NCBI GenBank assembly: GCA_951406725.2
Contig: OX597814.1
Coordinates: forward strand, 100,130,001 to 100,194,000
Origin: Octopus vulgaris
Lineage: Eukaryota
Reading direction: 5' to 3'
Length of the DNA stretch: 64,000 nt
This document shows positions 1 to 14,183 of the stretch, piece by piece; within the stretch, counting starts at the first letter, position 1, and the number at the start of each line of letters is the position of its first letter. The translations under genes and the position numbers were made by a program. The notes below the pieces were generated by a model. That model saw nothing but the letters and a program-made list of their open reading frames with translations, ran no database searches and had not been told where the DNA came from.

Positions 1-331
1 GATATATCCCAGACTGATCAGTTTCTACCTCTTTCTAGCAAAACAGACTTAATGTGTTTGCCAAGGTTCGTCAGTGGGAAGCCTTCTTAATCCTAGATAC
101 ACAGAGCGTTAGAGCACATGTAGATCTAACGGTTTGTATATCTTAACTTTTCAAACCTCCGCGCAGACGCAAAACATACCCGGCGACAGAGAGCATGCCG
201 GTAAAAAAAATGTTACAATTTATCAAGTAATATGTAAACATAATCAAAAAGGGTAATAACATAGCCTTGGCTAACACATTCTGTCTGTTTTGCTAGAAAG
301 AGGTAGAAACTGATCAGTCTGGGATATATCT
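1..331. mobile_element. MITE with long terminal inverted repeats, Kolobok-like (ends CT|TTAA)
   Basis: 1-66 is the reverse complement of 265-330 (first 48 bp perfect, 3 mismatches over 66). The right end gggatatatct is followed by TTAA at 332-335. The left terminus lies just outside the window. Confidence 0.8.
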
Positions 332-453
332 TTAATGGTAAATGTTTTTGATTTTCATTCTTTCCATGAATTTATCCCTCTTTGTGTCTCTAGCACTAAG
401 CTTCCTTATTTGGAAGCCTTTTATTATATTTATATATATAAATATGTATGTAT

Positions 454-559
<106 letters not shown>

Positions 560-679
560 GCATTCATATATATACATATGTATATGTATATAAGTATATA
601 AGTATATATGTATATATATATATATATGTGTGTGTGTATACGTATGCATGTATGTGTATGTATGTATGCTAAAAGGATC

Positions 680-892
680 AAAATCGAATTCCAACCTTAA
701 TATATTCCACCCCACCAACCTGTATGGGACACCGCTTCGTCGACGGATTAGCCATTTCTCGAAGCTGAATGGACTGGAGTAACGTGTAACTGTTTTTGTC
801 AAGATCTCAACGCATTGCTCGGTCCAGTAATCGAAGCAAGTATCTTATGATCATAAATACAAAACCATAACCATGTAACCCACATGTCTTCA
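680..892 (-). mobile_element. Degenerate tRNA-derived SINE (head/body A)
   Basis: Minus strand acacgttactccagtccattcagc matches the body of the copies at 3419 and 9152. Confidence 0.55.
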
Positions 893-1259
893 CACAGCCA
901 TGTGTAATGCATGTTTATTAAATATATGCATGTGACTTTGCGACAAACGCTGCTTCAAATTCTTTTCACTACTTAATACTTTTCGTCAATGAATGCAGTG
1001 TTACACAAATTAAAAAATAAAAATGAAATCTTAGTGTCAATTTTCAATATTATATTTCATACAAGGCTCTAAGCATTTACGCCAGAGGCTCTTTCGCTTA
1101 GGATAGGTAGAAGTAAATTTTCCTCACAGGATGATAATATATCCGTCTAATTAGTAGAGCTTATAACGGTTTAATTCTGGTCTACAGGGAAAGATCTGTG
1201 GTTTAACAACTGAAACTATTAAACGATTAGTGCACAAGTATGTAACTGTGTGTGTTTCG

Positions 1260-1309
<50 letters not shown>

Positions 1310-1370
1310 GTGTGTGTATGTATGTATATACACATATACATATATATACAATATATATATATATAAATAC

Positions 1371-1424
<54 letters not shown>

Positions 1425-1530
1425 GTATATATATATATATATATATCTCCTTTTTGATATATATATACATATATATATATTGTATATGTATATGTATATG
1501 TATATATACATACATACACACACACACATA

Positions 1531-2086
1531 TCAAAAAGGAGATCTCACGGAGAGTAAAGGCCGGATGGAAGGTGTTCAATGGCATAAGGGATGTGCTCAA
1601 GGGAAGGTTGGACAGGACCACCCGCGCCAACCTCATTAACAGTGCAGTTCTGCCTGCAATGTTATATGGTAGTGAAACATGGGCTACCACAAAGAGGGAA
1701 GAGCAAAGACTGGTAACGGCTCAGAGAGCCATGGAAAAGTCAATGCTTGGTATCTCGTTGAGAGAGCACATAAGTAGCAAGATCATCAGAAAGAAGTCCG
1801 GCGTGAGATATATCATCGCAGAGTATACACGCAGCAAGTATAGATGGGCTGGACACGTCGCCCGGCTCACCGATAATCGGTGAACGCACGCAGTAATCGA
1901 GTGGTACCCGCGTGAGCGGAAAAGACCACTCGGAAGACCTCCACGACGGTGGAGTTACGATTTCAGGAGGACGAGATTGGGATCACGTGGATGAGAAAGG
2001 TGCGATCCAGAGAGGAGTGGACAGCGTGCTGTGACCAGCGGTGTCAAATGGACGCCTGACGGACTGGTCAGTCAAGGTGAGCAAGA

Positions 2087-2088
<2 letters not shown>
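1531..2088 (+). mobile_element. 5'-truncated RTE-clade LINE (C-terminal part of the ORF and 3' end)
   Basis: Frame reads [17 protein letters not shown]...[16 protein letters not shown]...[15 protein letters not shown]...RWAGHVAR...EWYPRERKRPLGRPPRRW, which are RTE motifs. It has an in-frame stop and is flanked by microsatellites. Confidence 0.9.
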
Positions 2089-2172
<84 letters not shown>

Positions 2173-2790
2173 ATATGTGCATATATATGTGTGCGTGTGC
2201 ATATATATATATATATGCTGTGTGTATTTAGGTATGATTTTTATATGAATGAATTCCTCATCTCTTTTTGACTTTAGAGTTAACTTTTGACCGGCCTCCT
2301 GCTTGTTAGTAGCTTGTGAAGGAAATCAGCTTGTTCTGTTTATCACACCTTAAATTTTAAGGTCTAGCAGATTATGTTGTCCCAGATAACGTGATAGTCT
2401 TTAATATACAAATTAAGGTGTTCAGATCTCCCCCCCCCCATTAACCCAAGCTCAGTCATACTTTACTCCAGAAGGATTTGTACATAACCTGTTGCTCCAT
2501 TAATACTAAAAATGAAACTGAAAGTGTATCTTAGGTTTATCAATGCTCAGCAGACAATTTTCTTTCTCCTGTAAAATTCTTACCCCTTCGGGTCCCACAG
2601 GGCAGCTGATTTCCACAATAGAAAATATTTTTTCTTGTCGTATGGCATAGCAATATCTGCTGATTGTATGTTACTTCGAGGCTGTTTCGATTTTTAAGTT
2701 CTTTTAATTCATCGGTTTCAAGTTTGATGATAATTTCATTTTTCTTATTCTATTTAGACTGTTCTGGTCATCACATGGGTTTATATATAC

Positions 2791-2840
<50 letters not shown>

Positions 2841-3029
2841 TATTTATTTTCTACTCCGCAAAACCACTTACTTTTGATATCCATACTTATTTTTTAACAT
2901 CAACCACTTTCACACTCACTTTTACTCCATTATATTTCCGTCTCCGCTTTAACACTTCCTATTTAAAAACCCTATGGGCATCTGACTATCTCTCTCACAA
3001 ACGCAATATGTCCTTTGAAGGTACTCTTT

Positions 3030-3235
3030 TCTACTAGGCACAATGCCTGAAATTTTGGGGGAGGAGCCAGTCGATTAGATCGACACCAGTACGCAGCTGG
3101 TACCTAAATTATGGACCCCGAATGGATGAAAGGCAAAGTCGACCTCGGCGGAATTTGAACTCAGAACGTTAAGTCAGACAAAATACCGCTAAACGTTTCG
3201 CCCGGCGTGCTAACGTTTCTGCCAGCTCGCCGTCT
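3030..3235 (-). mobile_element. tRNA-derived SINE (head D, tail 2)
   Basis: Minus strand ggcgagctggcagaaacgttagcacgccgggcgaaa...gagttcaaattccgccgaggtcgactttgcctttcatcc, with A/B-box-like motifs. Many related copies are in the window. Confidence 0.85.
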
Positions 3236-3418
3236 CCCTCATATGAATGCTTGCAACCTTTACCAACAAAACATCAACTGTTATCACTCTTTCATCCTCC
3301 GATATCTTCTCTTATTATCATATTCCTGCTCTTCAAACATTCCGTTACTACCAGTCATCACCTCCTCCTCCCTGTGCCGCTTTTACTGAGCACAATCCCT
3401 AGAAATCATATCATCTTG

Positions 3419-3742
3419 TGAAGGCGCATGACTCAGTGGCTAGAGCGTCGAGCTTACGATCGTGAGGTTGTGAGCTAGAATTCCGGACCGGGCTGCGTGT
3501 TGTGTTCTTGAGCAAGACACTTTACTTCACGTTGCTCCAGTTCACTCAGCTGTAGAAATAAGTTGTAACGTCAGTGGTGCCAAGCTGTATCGGCCCTTCC
3601 CTTTCCCTTGGATAACACTGGTAGCATGGAGAGGGGAGACCGGTATGCATGGGCGACTGCTGGTCGTCCATAAACAACGTTGACCAGACTTGTGCCTGGG
3701 AGGGCAACTTTCTAGGTGCAATCCCATGGTCTGTGTCGTGAC
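3419..3742 (+). mobile_element. tRNA-derived SINE (head A, CORE-like body, distinct tail)
   Basis: A-box-like tgactcagtgg and body gtgttcttgagcaagacactttac, which resembles the CORE domain. The body is shared with 9152-9474. Confidence 0.8.
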
Positions 3743-4286
3743 ATGTGATTCAAATTATTTGCTCTAACCTCATCTTCTGACCATTCCCCACTCACCTCAC
3801 GAGCATATTCAGCATCTACTTTTCCAGCATTCTCCGTCTTCTATCTGTACATTGTCTTCCACTCAGCTTCTTGTACTTTGGATGCACAACTCTGACATCG
3901 CTCTCCCAACACACCATTTCTTTCATACTTGAACGTCTCAAGAATTAAATAGAAACGCCACACAACCGCCTATACTTTCACACAACTGCCGATATTTTCA
4001 CACAACCGAGAAAGATATTTAGTCTTGCGAGATACATGGCAACCTCACTAGGTTGGGTGCCATGATAAATAACAAAAGAAGCACCCACCAATCTCTGTAA
4101 TGGGAATCTAGCCGTAGAAATTGCGGAAGTAGAAACTTGTTCGACGTAATCTTCTGAATAGTCGGATCGTTTGGACTTTTTAAACCCTGTAAAAAGAACT
4201 TGGAAGGTTGGACCTTCAACAAGACCTTTCGCGATACCCTTAAGGCCAGGAACTTTACAATATCCCATCATATATGTATATATATA

Positions 4287-4498
4287 CGGGGGCTGCAAAA
4301 ATATTCCTGGTTTGGGGTAAAAGAAGTTACAGGAGGATCAGTTAATTATGATTTCATTCAACATATTTTCCTCTCAGATTCACACACTGCGGTTCTTCAG
4401 TTTCTATAAGGCTTGTAAAAAGAACACGGGAAGTTGGGCCACCAACCAGGCTTTTCGCAATACCCCTTAAACCCAGGAACGTTTTCAACACCCCCTCG
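4287..4498. mobile_element. Tc1/mariner-type MITE
   Basis: TA|cgggggctgcaaaaatattcctggttt ... aaacccaggaacgttttcaacaccccctcg|TA forms degenerate TIRs with TA flanks. A partial second copy lies at about 4180-4270 and another fragment at about 63880-63962. Confidence 0.7.
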
Positions 4499-4948
4499 TA
4501 CATCACGAGACATCAGACACGATGTCGGATTTGTGTGGAGGCGCCTGGCCCAATAGTCTCTATGTTGGGCTTGCGAACATAACTTTAGTAATATTTCAGG
4601 TTGCTCCTGTCTTCTCTGCTAAAAATATGAGCAAGCTTAGTGCTGCTACAGCTGTCTTTCCTTCCAGTAGATTCAGCCACATTTCTCTGCTGGAGCAAGG
4701 TTGGTTGGGCCGAAAGGGCGTTAATGTCAGCTTCCTATTATATAGGCTATACACGCTGACAAATAAAGGCTATGGGTATACATAAGTATCCATACATACA
4801 TACATACGTATGTGTGTCTGTGCGTGTGTGAGTGCGAGGGCGTATGTGTACGTATATATACATGCATACAAGCATATGTATACAAACACGCACATACACA
4901 CATATATATACATATATACATACACACTTACATATATATATATGTATG

Positions 4949-5019
<71 letters not shown>

Positions 5020-5357
5020 TGTCATCATGGATTACTTGCTGTCCGAGTGACAGCCACAATTGCGCAGTAGCTAATCTATCAGAAAGAAAATGGTTTTCAA
5101 TGGCGCTACAGCGTAATCGTAGTTCTTGCTTTAGTGACGTTTGAATTTGATGACGAAGAATCTCGCTTGGTCTATAATTTTATCGATTTTTCTATAGATG
5201 TGTGTATATAGCTGCCAGTATTAAACAACAATGTATCGTCCGTGAAGGCTAAAGAATTAACTACTCCTTAATTAATGTCTAAGGTGATTTCCAGTTACTC
5301 CGCCTGAAATGTTCCTCTGTGTATACGTACATTATGTACATGTATAAAAACACACAC

Positions 5358-5434
<77 letters not shown>

Positions 5435-5812
5435 CATATATGTGTATGTATATATGTATGTATGTATGTATGTATGCGTATTGATATGCGTGCATTAATG
5501 TGTGTGAGTGCGTGCAGGCGAGCGGGCCTGTGTGTGCTGTGTGTGTACTCACAACTGTTTCTATTATGCGTACGAGCTCAGTCTTTGTCAGTGTTTTTAT
5601 CTCATTGCTTTGTATCATCACTTTTCTCTATCATTCACTGTCTTTAAGCATCGGACACTACTCGCTCTCTCCCACTCTCCTCTCTCTCTCTCTCGGTGTC
5701 TTCAACTCTTCCTGTTTCCTTCCATTTCTATATCGCATGATACTTCAGCTATTTCTCTGAATTTTCACTTATGTATCTAAGTATCTATCAGTCTGTCTAT
5801 CAATCTATCTCT

Positions 5813-5919
<107 letters not shown>

Positions 5920-5951
5920 ATCTATCTATCTATATATGTATATATATATGG

Positions 5952-5984
<33 letters not shown>

Positions 5985-6035
5985 TACATACATACATAAA
6001 TATGTATACATAAATATATATATATGTCCAAATAA

Positions 6036-6103
<68 letters not shown>

Positions 6104-6634
6104 AAATAAATATAATTTTGGTTGTCTGCATGCCTGTCTTTCTTCCTTCCTGACTGTATTTTTTATCGTTTCTCTATTTAACTCTCTATATTTCAGACCT
6201 AGAAGACATTAAGGTATACCCAGGCGCTCACTGCAAGAAATAGTGACCTAATAGCTCAAATTACAAGAACACATTGAATGATGCATGTAAAAGAACGGCG
6301 ACAAAACATATGTGGAATTATGACTTTTGGAATACCTTTGATTGCATGTGTTCGTGTGAATGCTTATGTGTGTATTTGTATGTGTTTATGTAAGTGTGTG
6401 TGTGTGCGCGCGTAACAAATGTTAGAATTAATTATTTGTCGTTTCCTCCCTGAAGTACGGAGTATGAATTCGAGTACCAGTTTTATCAAGTGATGTCAAT
6501 CGCAAAAATGGAAAAAGCTTGTTCGTGAGTCACACACTCATAAACGTATACACAAACACATACTCATACACACACACGCACACACACACACACACACACA
6601 CACTCATAGAAACACTTATACGTATGTATATATA

Positions 6635-6682
<48 letters not shown>

Positions 6683-6766
6683 GCAATAAAGGGTTTGGCA
6701 ACGAATTGCCTTACCACACTTGGTGTAATTGATAATTATTCCAAATTAATTAATTTCGCCCTTCAT

Positions 6767-6817
<51 letters not shown>

Positions 6818-6893
6818 GATATATATTTATATGCATACATATATATATATATACACACAGATATATATACATACACACATATATACATACATG

Positions 6894-6944
<51 letters not shown>

Positions 6945-8199
6945 CATATATACATATATACATATACATATATATGTATATATATATATATATATATACA
7001 TATATACATGCATATATACACATACATACATATATACATACATATATGAAACATTGTAGATATGTATATACGTTTATATGTCTGTTGTATAGTTGTATAT
7101 GTATGTGTTCCTGTTGTCTTTGTTTTTCCTCTTTATCCACAACGAATGCTTTAATAAGTACCAGAATATTTAAAAAAATGTACTGGTGTTGATTCGTTCG
7201 ACTAGACCCTTCAAAACCCAATGACAGTTAGAAGTGAAATGTAGATACTTCACTGTGTGTATATCATACTAAATGTATATACCTCGCTATAAGGCATGAC
7301 GCTGCGGATTTGACTAAGATAAAATCTGTACACGGAGTTGTACTGAAATACAAAATATATCGGGATGTCGTCACTGAAAGTGACTTATGAAGTAACAGTT
7401 GCGTTTCATCTTTCTTGAGGCTTCTCGTTCCCTGCACCCAATTGTTGTTCTTTAAAACGATTTAGGTGTCTTGATATACAGGAAAAAACAGCGTTGCGGA
7501 AGCTTGCCGTGCTGTAGAAAATTTCAATGTACTAAATTGAGATATTGAATTAGAATAGATATCTGTGTAACTTTAGAAAGCATAATACTGTAAAATATTA
7601 TGAGATGAATGTTTTCCTGTAAGTTAAAAAGCAATAAATATCGAAGCCAAACGACCTTTTCTGTAGCCACCAAGCTTCAGCAATACTAGTGGATATTTTA
7701 TTCACAATTTCCTATATGTTGATGCCGCAGTTTTGTTTAAGCAATAACAGTCGATTGCGTGACGTTTACAAGCCTCAACAACGACGAAATACATTTGTCA
7801 TTGTCGTGAATAAATGCAGTGACAATGCTCGTCTCTTTCCGACGCATCATTTAATTCAAAAAGTCTATGAAACGACTTTACCTCAGACACTTTACCTCAG
7901 GCATTATGCCTTCTGACAGTTTATTCACGTTTAATATGATACACAGATCGCGAGCTATCTCATTTGCGTATACTGAGAGTTGTTTTATATGAATTCATAC
8001 ACACACATATTATTGTTGTTGTTGTTGTGGTTGTTGTTGCTGTTGTTGTTATTGTTGTGGCTGTTGTTGTTAAATAAAAGACTTTGCTTTGGCTCCATGC
8101 AACTTGAAGCTTCGTAGACTTTTACGGAAACGTTGCTTGCCGGGGTCAGGTAGCCGAATATATATATATATATATATTATATTATATTATATTATATTA

Positions 8200-8504
8200 C
8201 ATGATGGACTCCCCCCTCAAAGACGATGAATGAGCGTTCAGCTTTTTGCCGAACGACCTGCACAAATGATTTGTTTATAGGGATCAAATGATCGTGTCGC
8301 ACATTAGCTCACTCTCTCCATCAAATAGTCGTTGTCTGAAGAGGAGTACGGTGTACCACGTGACAGGTGTCGAAGTGATCGCAGAGCAACATGAGATGAA
8401 ATGTTTTGCTCCAAAACACAACGCACCACCCTATTTAAGAATTGAAATCACGATCTAGCACTCATGAGTGCAAGACCTCAAAACCATTAAGCCATGCGCC
8501 CTCA
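8200..8504 (-). mobile_element. Degenerate SINE (head A with another tail)
   Basis: Minus strand gagggcgcatggcttaatgg...gcgttgtgttttggagcaaaacatttcatctcatgttgctc. Confidence 0.65.
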
Positions 8505-8545
8505 TTTAATAGATGATATAATATAAAATAATATAATATTATGTA

Positions 8546-8585
<40 letters not shown>

Positions 8586-8982
8586 AGGAAAATTCAATCG
8601 TCACTAAATCTGACTAAGAATGCCAAGGCACCTACATTGCTAGAAATAAGAGTTAGAATACTCTGAATGCAGTAGGATGCACGCAAATGTATACATGTAT
8701 GCTGACAGGAGTTGTAATCGCCCCATCACCGACTCGAGAATCATTCAGACTAAATGTTTAGTTCTGCCTATTTCCGTAGGCTTTCTTGGTGAGGACCGCT
8801 CGCTCGGCAGATGTCGGGCAATTCTATCAATGAGCATATACGTATTTACCATAGAAATCTATGGATGGTTTAGCGTAATGCTAATGCGCATACAAAATAA
8901 TTAATATAAACAGCTAAACGCAATGTGATGGCATAAAGGAAAATATTTAAAAAGAATTAAGCAGGCAGGCACTCACACACAT

Positions 8983-9090
<108 letters not shown>

Positions 9091-9151
9091 CACATACATA
9101 CTCTCTCTCTCTCTCTGTTTCACTCTCTGTCTCGAGTCATAGACTCATATA

Positions 9152-9474
9152 AAGACTCCGCCGGTTACGACGACGAGGGTCCCAGCTGATACGATCAACG
9201 GAACAGCTTGCTCGTGAAATTAACGTGCAAATGGCTGAGCATTCCACAGACACGTGTACCCTTAACGTAGTTCTCGGGGATAATCAGCGTGACACGGAGA
9301 GTGACAAGGCTGACCCTTTGAAATACAAGTACAACTCATTTTTGCCAGCTGAGTGGACTGGAGCAACGTGAAATAAAGTGTCTTGCTCAAGGACACAACG
9401 CGTCGCCGGGAATCGAACACACAACCTTACGATCATGAGCCGAATGCCCTAACCACTAAGCCACGCGCCCTCAC
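9152..9474 (-). mobile_element. Full-length SINE (head A + tail X) with 12-bp TSD
   Basis: A box tggcttagtgg and B box gttcgattccc. Direct repeat tagactcatata at 9140-9151 and 9475-9486. Confidence 0.9.
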
Positions 9475-9944
9475 TAGACTCATATATATATATGCTACAC
9501 TGCAAAAGTAAGAAGTCTTAGAAATGACCACTCTTCAAATTCATTGTCAATAAAATTATATATAACTACGATTAGTAATTGCACAGTTAATGTAACATAG
9601 AATATTTCAATACAAATTTTTTAATATATAACGTATATTACATTTATTCAACTCGACACTACTTTTACCTAAAACGTCATTATCATTACTCTGAATATAT
9701 TAATTTTTAGATATATCCTTAGTTTTGAAAAGAATTATAAAAGGCGGTGCACTGATTTAGGAAAAGTGGCTTCCAGCTGCACTATGGATTTAGAAAAATG
9801 TATGATTTAAGACTTACTGTAAGATATTCATATATAATACATAAGCGTTTTGAAAAACATGTTATTCATAATTTGTTGTGCATATAGATGATTATTAAAA
9901 CAAGGAATAATTAATTTTCAACATGTTTTCTCTTCGCTTTTTGC

Positions 9945-10530
9945 CCGTTTTTATTTGCTTTAGTCATTGGTCTGCGGCCATGATAGTGCACAGCAGTACT
10001 TGTATTATAAGTATGATACTTATTTTTTCGATCCCATTTATCGAACCACTATTTTATGGAGGCGTAAGCAAACCGACACTGGTTGTCAAGTGGTGACGTT
10101 GTCAGACATAAAAATACAGACGATAGATAGATAGATACACAGACTCCCACAGATACAACAGTCTCACACCGAGTTTCTTATTTCTTTACTGCCCACAAAG
10201 GGCTACACAGGGGGGACAAACAAGGACAGACAAACGCATTAAGCCGATTACATCGACTCTAGTGCGTAACAGGTACTTATTTAATCGACCCTGAAAGGAT
10301 GAAAGGCAAAATCAACCGTAACGGCAGACGAAATACTGCAGAGCATTTCGCTCGGCGTGCTAACGTTTCTGCCAGCTCGCCGCCGAGTTTCTGTCAACCA
10401 AAATCCTTCACGATATACTTGTCAAACCAGAGCTATAACAGAAAATATTAGTCCAAGGTGCCGTGCTGTGGGACAGAAACCGAAACCACGTGTTTGCGAA
10501 ACGAACTTCTGAAGCTTACAGTGATGCTTG
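9945..10530 (-). mobile_element. Old SINE (family C) interrupted by a younger head-D SINE (10179-10382)
   Basis: The inner element is flanked by a 10-bp TSD, ccgagtttct (10169-10178, 10383-10392). The outer pieces match family C (compare 44020-44356). Confidence 0.75.
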
Positions 10531-10835
10531 AAAAGTTTCTAACTTTTCTGCTTTATTTTTACTTCCCAAAACTTATTAACTTTGAAATATTTTCCTCTTT
10601 ACGTTACTCATTACGGCAGTAATCTTTCTTATGACATCCAGTGCGCTGCAAATACTGAATTATAAGAGTCAATCTTTATAACATGCATTGAAATCACATG
10701 GCGAAGTTCCTTCCACTATCTTGACGCAGGGCATCGCTGGGAGGTTCTGATGATAGCTTCGCTACCTACATGATATGTCGTTCAATTCTACTGCTTGAGC
10801 CAGTTGATAGGAGTCTACTATTACACACATATATA

Positions 10836-11369
10836 CGGGTTGGCTGAAAGTCATCCGACAGTAAATCAAAATTCCATTAATTCTTAATATTCAATTTATT
10901 TCTTCATTCCAATTATGAATGTTTAATAATTGAATGCTGTGAGTTAAAAGTCACCTTTTCTTTTCAACATTTATCTATTTATTAGCGAAGTATCAAATAC
11001 TGTAATTTTTTGCTTTAATCTAGAAATTGATGATGATGAAGTTCCTTCTCGAGCAATGCCTGGCTCATAAGGGTCGGTTTCCCGGTTTCCTTGGCGTATA
11101 GGTTCCCCACCTGGACAGGACGCCGGTCCGTCACAGGTGAGCTGCAAGATGCTGGAGGAAAGAGTGAGAGAAAGTTGTCTCGAAAGAGTCAGCAGAATTT
11201 CGCCATTACTTTCTGCCGGAGCCGCGTGGGGCTTAGGTGTTTCGCTCATAAACACACACATTGCCCGGTCTGAGATTCGAACCCGCGATCTATCGACTGC
11301 GAGTCCGGTGCTCCAACCACTAGAAATTAAATGTTTTTTTATTTATTGTCGGGTGTCTTTTGGCTAAGC

Positions 11370-11373
<4 letters not shown>
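10836..11373. mobile_element. Degenerate Tc1/mariner-type MITE interrupted by a SINE
   Basis: Left end gggttggctgaaagtcatccgacagtaaat resembles the reverse complement of the right end, ggcttagccaaaagacacccgacaataaat. Both ends abut TA. Confidence 0.6.
11029..11319 (-). mobile_element. SINE (head B + tail with tgtgacggaccggcgtcctgtccagg) with TSD
   Basis: B box ggttcgaatct, a (CAT)n terminus, and direct repeat ctagaaatt at 11020-11028 and 11320-11328. Confidence 0.85.
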
Positions 11374-11427
<54 letters not shown>

Positions 11428-11485
11428 TATATATATACACATATATAATATATACATATATATATACATACATACATATATATAT

Positions 11486-11540
<55 letters not shown>

Positions 11541-11597
11541 CATATATATATATACATATATATACATACATACATACATATATATACATATATATAT

Positions 11598-11682
<85 letters not shown>

Positions 11683-11683
<1 letters not shown>

Positions 11684-12062
11684 GAGGTGCAATGGGCCAG
11701 TGGTTACGGCAGCAGACTCAAGGTCGTATGATCGCGGTTTCGATTCCCAGACCGGGCGTTGTGAGTGTTTATTGAGCGAAAACACCTAAAAGCTCCACAG
11801 GGCTCCAGCAGGAGGTCGTGGTGAAACCTGCTGTACTCTTTCGCCACAACTTTCTCTCACTCTCTCTTCTTGTTTCTGTTGTACCTGTATTCCAAAGGGC
11901 CAGCCTTGTAACACTCTGTTTCACGCTGAATCTCCCCGAGAACCCTGTTAAGGGTACACGTGTCTGTGGAATGCTCAGCCACTTGCACGTTAATTTCACG
12001 AGCAGGTTGTTCAGTTGATCGGATCTACTGGAACCCTCGTCCTCGTAACCGACGGAGTGCCA
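11683..12062 (+). mobile_element. SINE (head B + tail X)
   Basis: A box tgggccagtgg and B box gtttcgattcc. The 3' half matches the tail of 9152-9474. Confidence 0.85.
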
Positions 12063-12513
12063 TGATACAAGTATATGAAAACATATGCTCGCTCTAAACA
12101 CAGACATATATCCAGCAATTCAGTGGGTGGGATGGAATTTGTGGATAACATTCTTCCAAGCATTTATTTTTTGGCCCCGGAAAAAAGTTTGTGACAAATT
12201 TGAACCTACAAGAATTTAAAGAACCGGAAAAAACCACATCAAGGTTTTTTTTTTCTTTGTCTTGGCTCTCTATCGAGTTTGCCAATCCCCCGCCGTTCTA
12301 CACACACATACACGCACGCACATTCATATATATACATGCACATACACATACACACACATTCATATATATACATACACATACACACACATGTATATATTAT
12401 ACTGGCCATATACATAAGTTTATATATTATACCGGCCATATATATGTATATGTATTATACTGGTCACAGACTGTGTCGCATAAGATAACGTAAAGAAATT
12501 CGATAAGTACACG

Positions 12514-12563
<50 letters not shown>

Positions 12564-12699
12564 CACACACACACACACTATAAGTGGCACAGTGTGTTCA
12601 TACACAGAGGAACATTCGAAAATACACTCACAATACAATTCATCTTCGATGATAGACTAAAAGTCGTAAGAAACAACAGACGACATCACATATATATTT

Positions 12700-13875
12700 T
12701 TTGTTATAAATCGCATCTTTTATTTTAATAATTATAAAGGGAAATCATCCAGCTTTTCCCTTGGAAGTTTCATACATACACAGATGACTTCCACCATCTA
12801 TAAGTTAACTTTTTTTGGGGGGGGTTTTATCTGTAGTCTCACTCTCTCTTTCTCTCTTTTCATTTATAGTCTTTTTTGTTGTTTTTGTTTTTGTTTTGTG
12901 ATCGTCGTTTTTTTTTTGCGCATTTTTATATTGTATATAATTTTTTTTCGGTTATTTCAACCGATTTCTTTTTGGTTATTTTCTTTTCTATGTATTTATA
13001 TTTTTTTCATTTATATTTCTTATTTTTTTACACTCTTGGAGAATCATATGTCATATAACCTCTCGTCGTCGTTCTCTCACATATCACGGCTCTGTTTCAA
13101 GTTATTGTTTACAATATTAGACATATATGTACGTATGTACAAATTGTTTGCTTTTCTTTGCTGTATTGTTTTCGTTTTTGTTTCGCGAATTGCACAACGT
13201 ACAATTGTTTAATGTTTTTTGCACATATTAGCGCTACTTAATTAATTGTTTAAATTGTTTAATTGTACAATTACAGCATTTCATGTTCGTTAGGGTGGGG
13301 TGTTGTTTCTTGTTATATTTTGTATGATGTTGCCTTGTATTTGAATGTGTGTGTATGTATGGTGACAGTTGAGTGTGGCTATGTTCCTTTGTTTTTAATA
13401 AAGTTTATTGAATTTTTAAAAACTTTGTTGTGATTCTTTTTGTTCGTTTTTCCTGCAACAAATGCACGGAAGTGCGTGCGTATGTGTTCTCGTAACAGTT
13501 TCTCATTTTATTTTTGTTTTAAAAGTTTATTCTGTCTTTTATTTATTCAGTTTCCAAAAAAAACCCAAAAAAACAACATCATTCATTATTATTATTATTG
13601 TCTTTTTTCAAAATAATGAAGATAAAATATTAAAATGGAACAAAAGAATATCATGAAACATGTCTTATCTTTTTGCAACGTTTCAAAAAGTCTCAATAAT
13701 CTCTGTCGGTTTGTCGTTCAGTCTACCTTTTCTTTATTCTCACCTCAAACTTACTCAATATGTTATCAGTCTAGATTGAAATATCATCAGAATGAAGAAT
13801 TTTGTCATTCTCATTCTGATTCGTGTGTTGCAGTTGTTGTTGTTGTTGGTGGTGGTGGAGGTATTATTATTATTA

Positions 13876-13928
<53 letters not shown>

Positions 13929-14051
13929 GAATTTTTTCTTGTACTATCCCCTGATCCGTTGCCCTAGTGGCAAATAAAGAAACAATTGCTATTTCATTAT
14001 TGATATTATTATGAATGTTTATAGTAGTAGTAGTGATAGTAGTAGTAGTGA

Positions 14052-14108
<57 letters not shown>

Positions 14109-14127
14109 AGTAAGGAAAAGAAGAAGG

Positions 14128-14183
<56 letters not shown>

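Noticed and set aside
13134-13195. Pumilio element (TGTACATA) and miR-92 seed match (GTGCAAT) on the minus strand in the putative UTR
   Set aside because: Single short matches in AT-rich sequence are expected by chance without conservation data.
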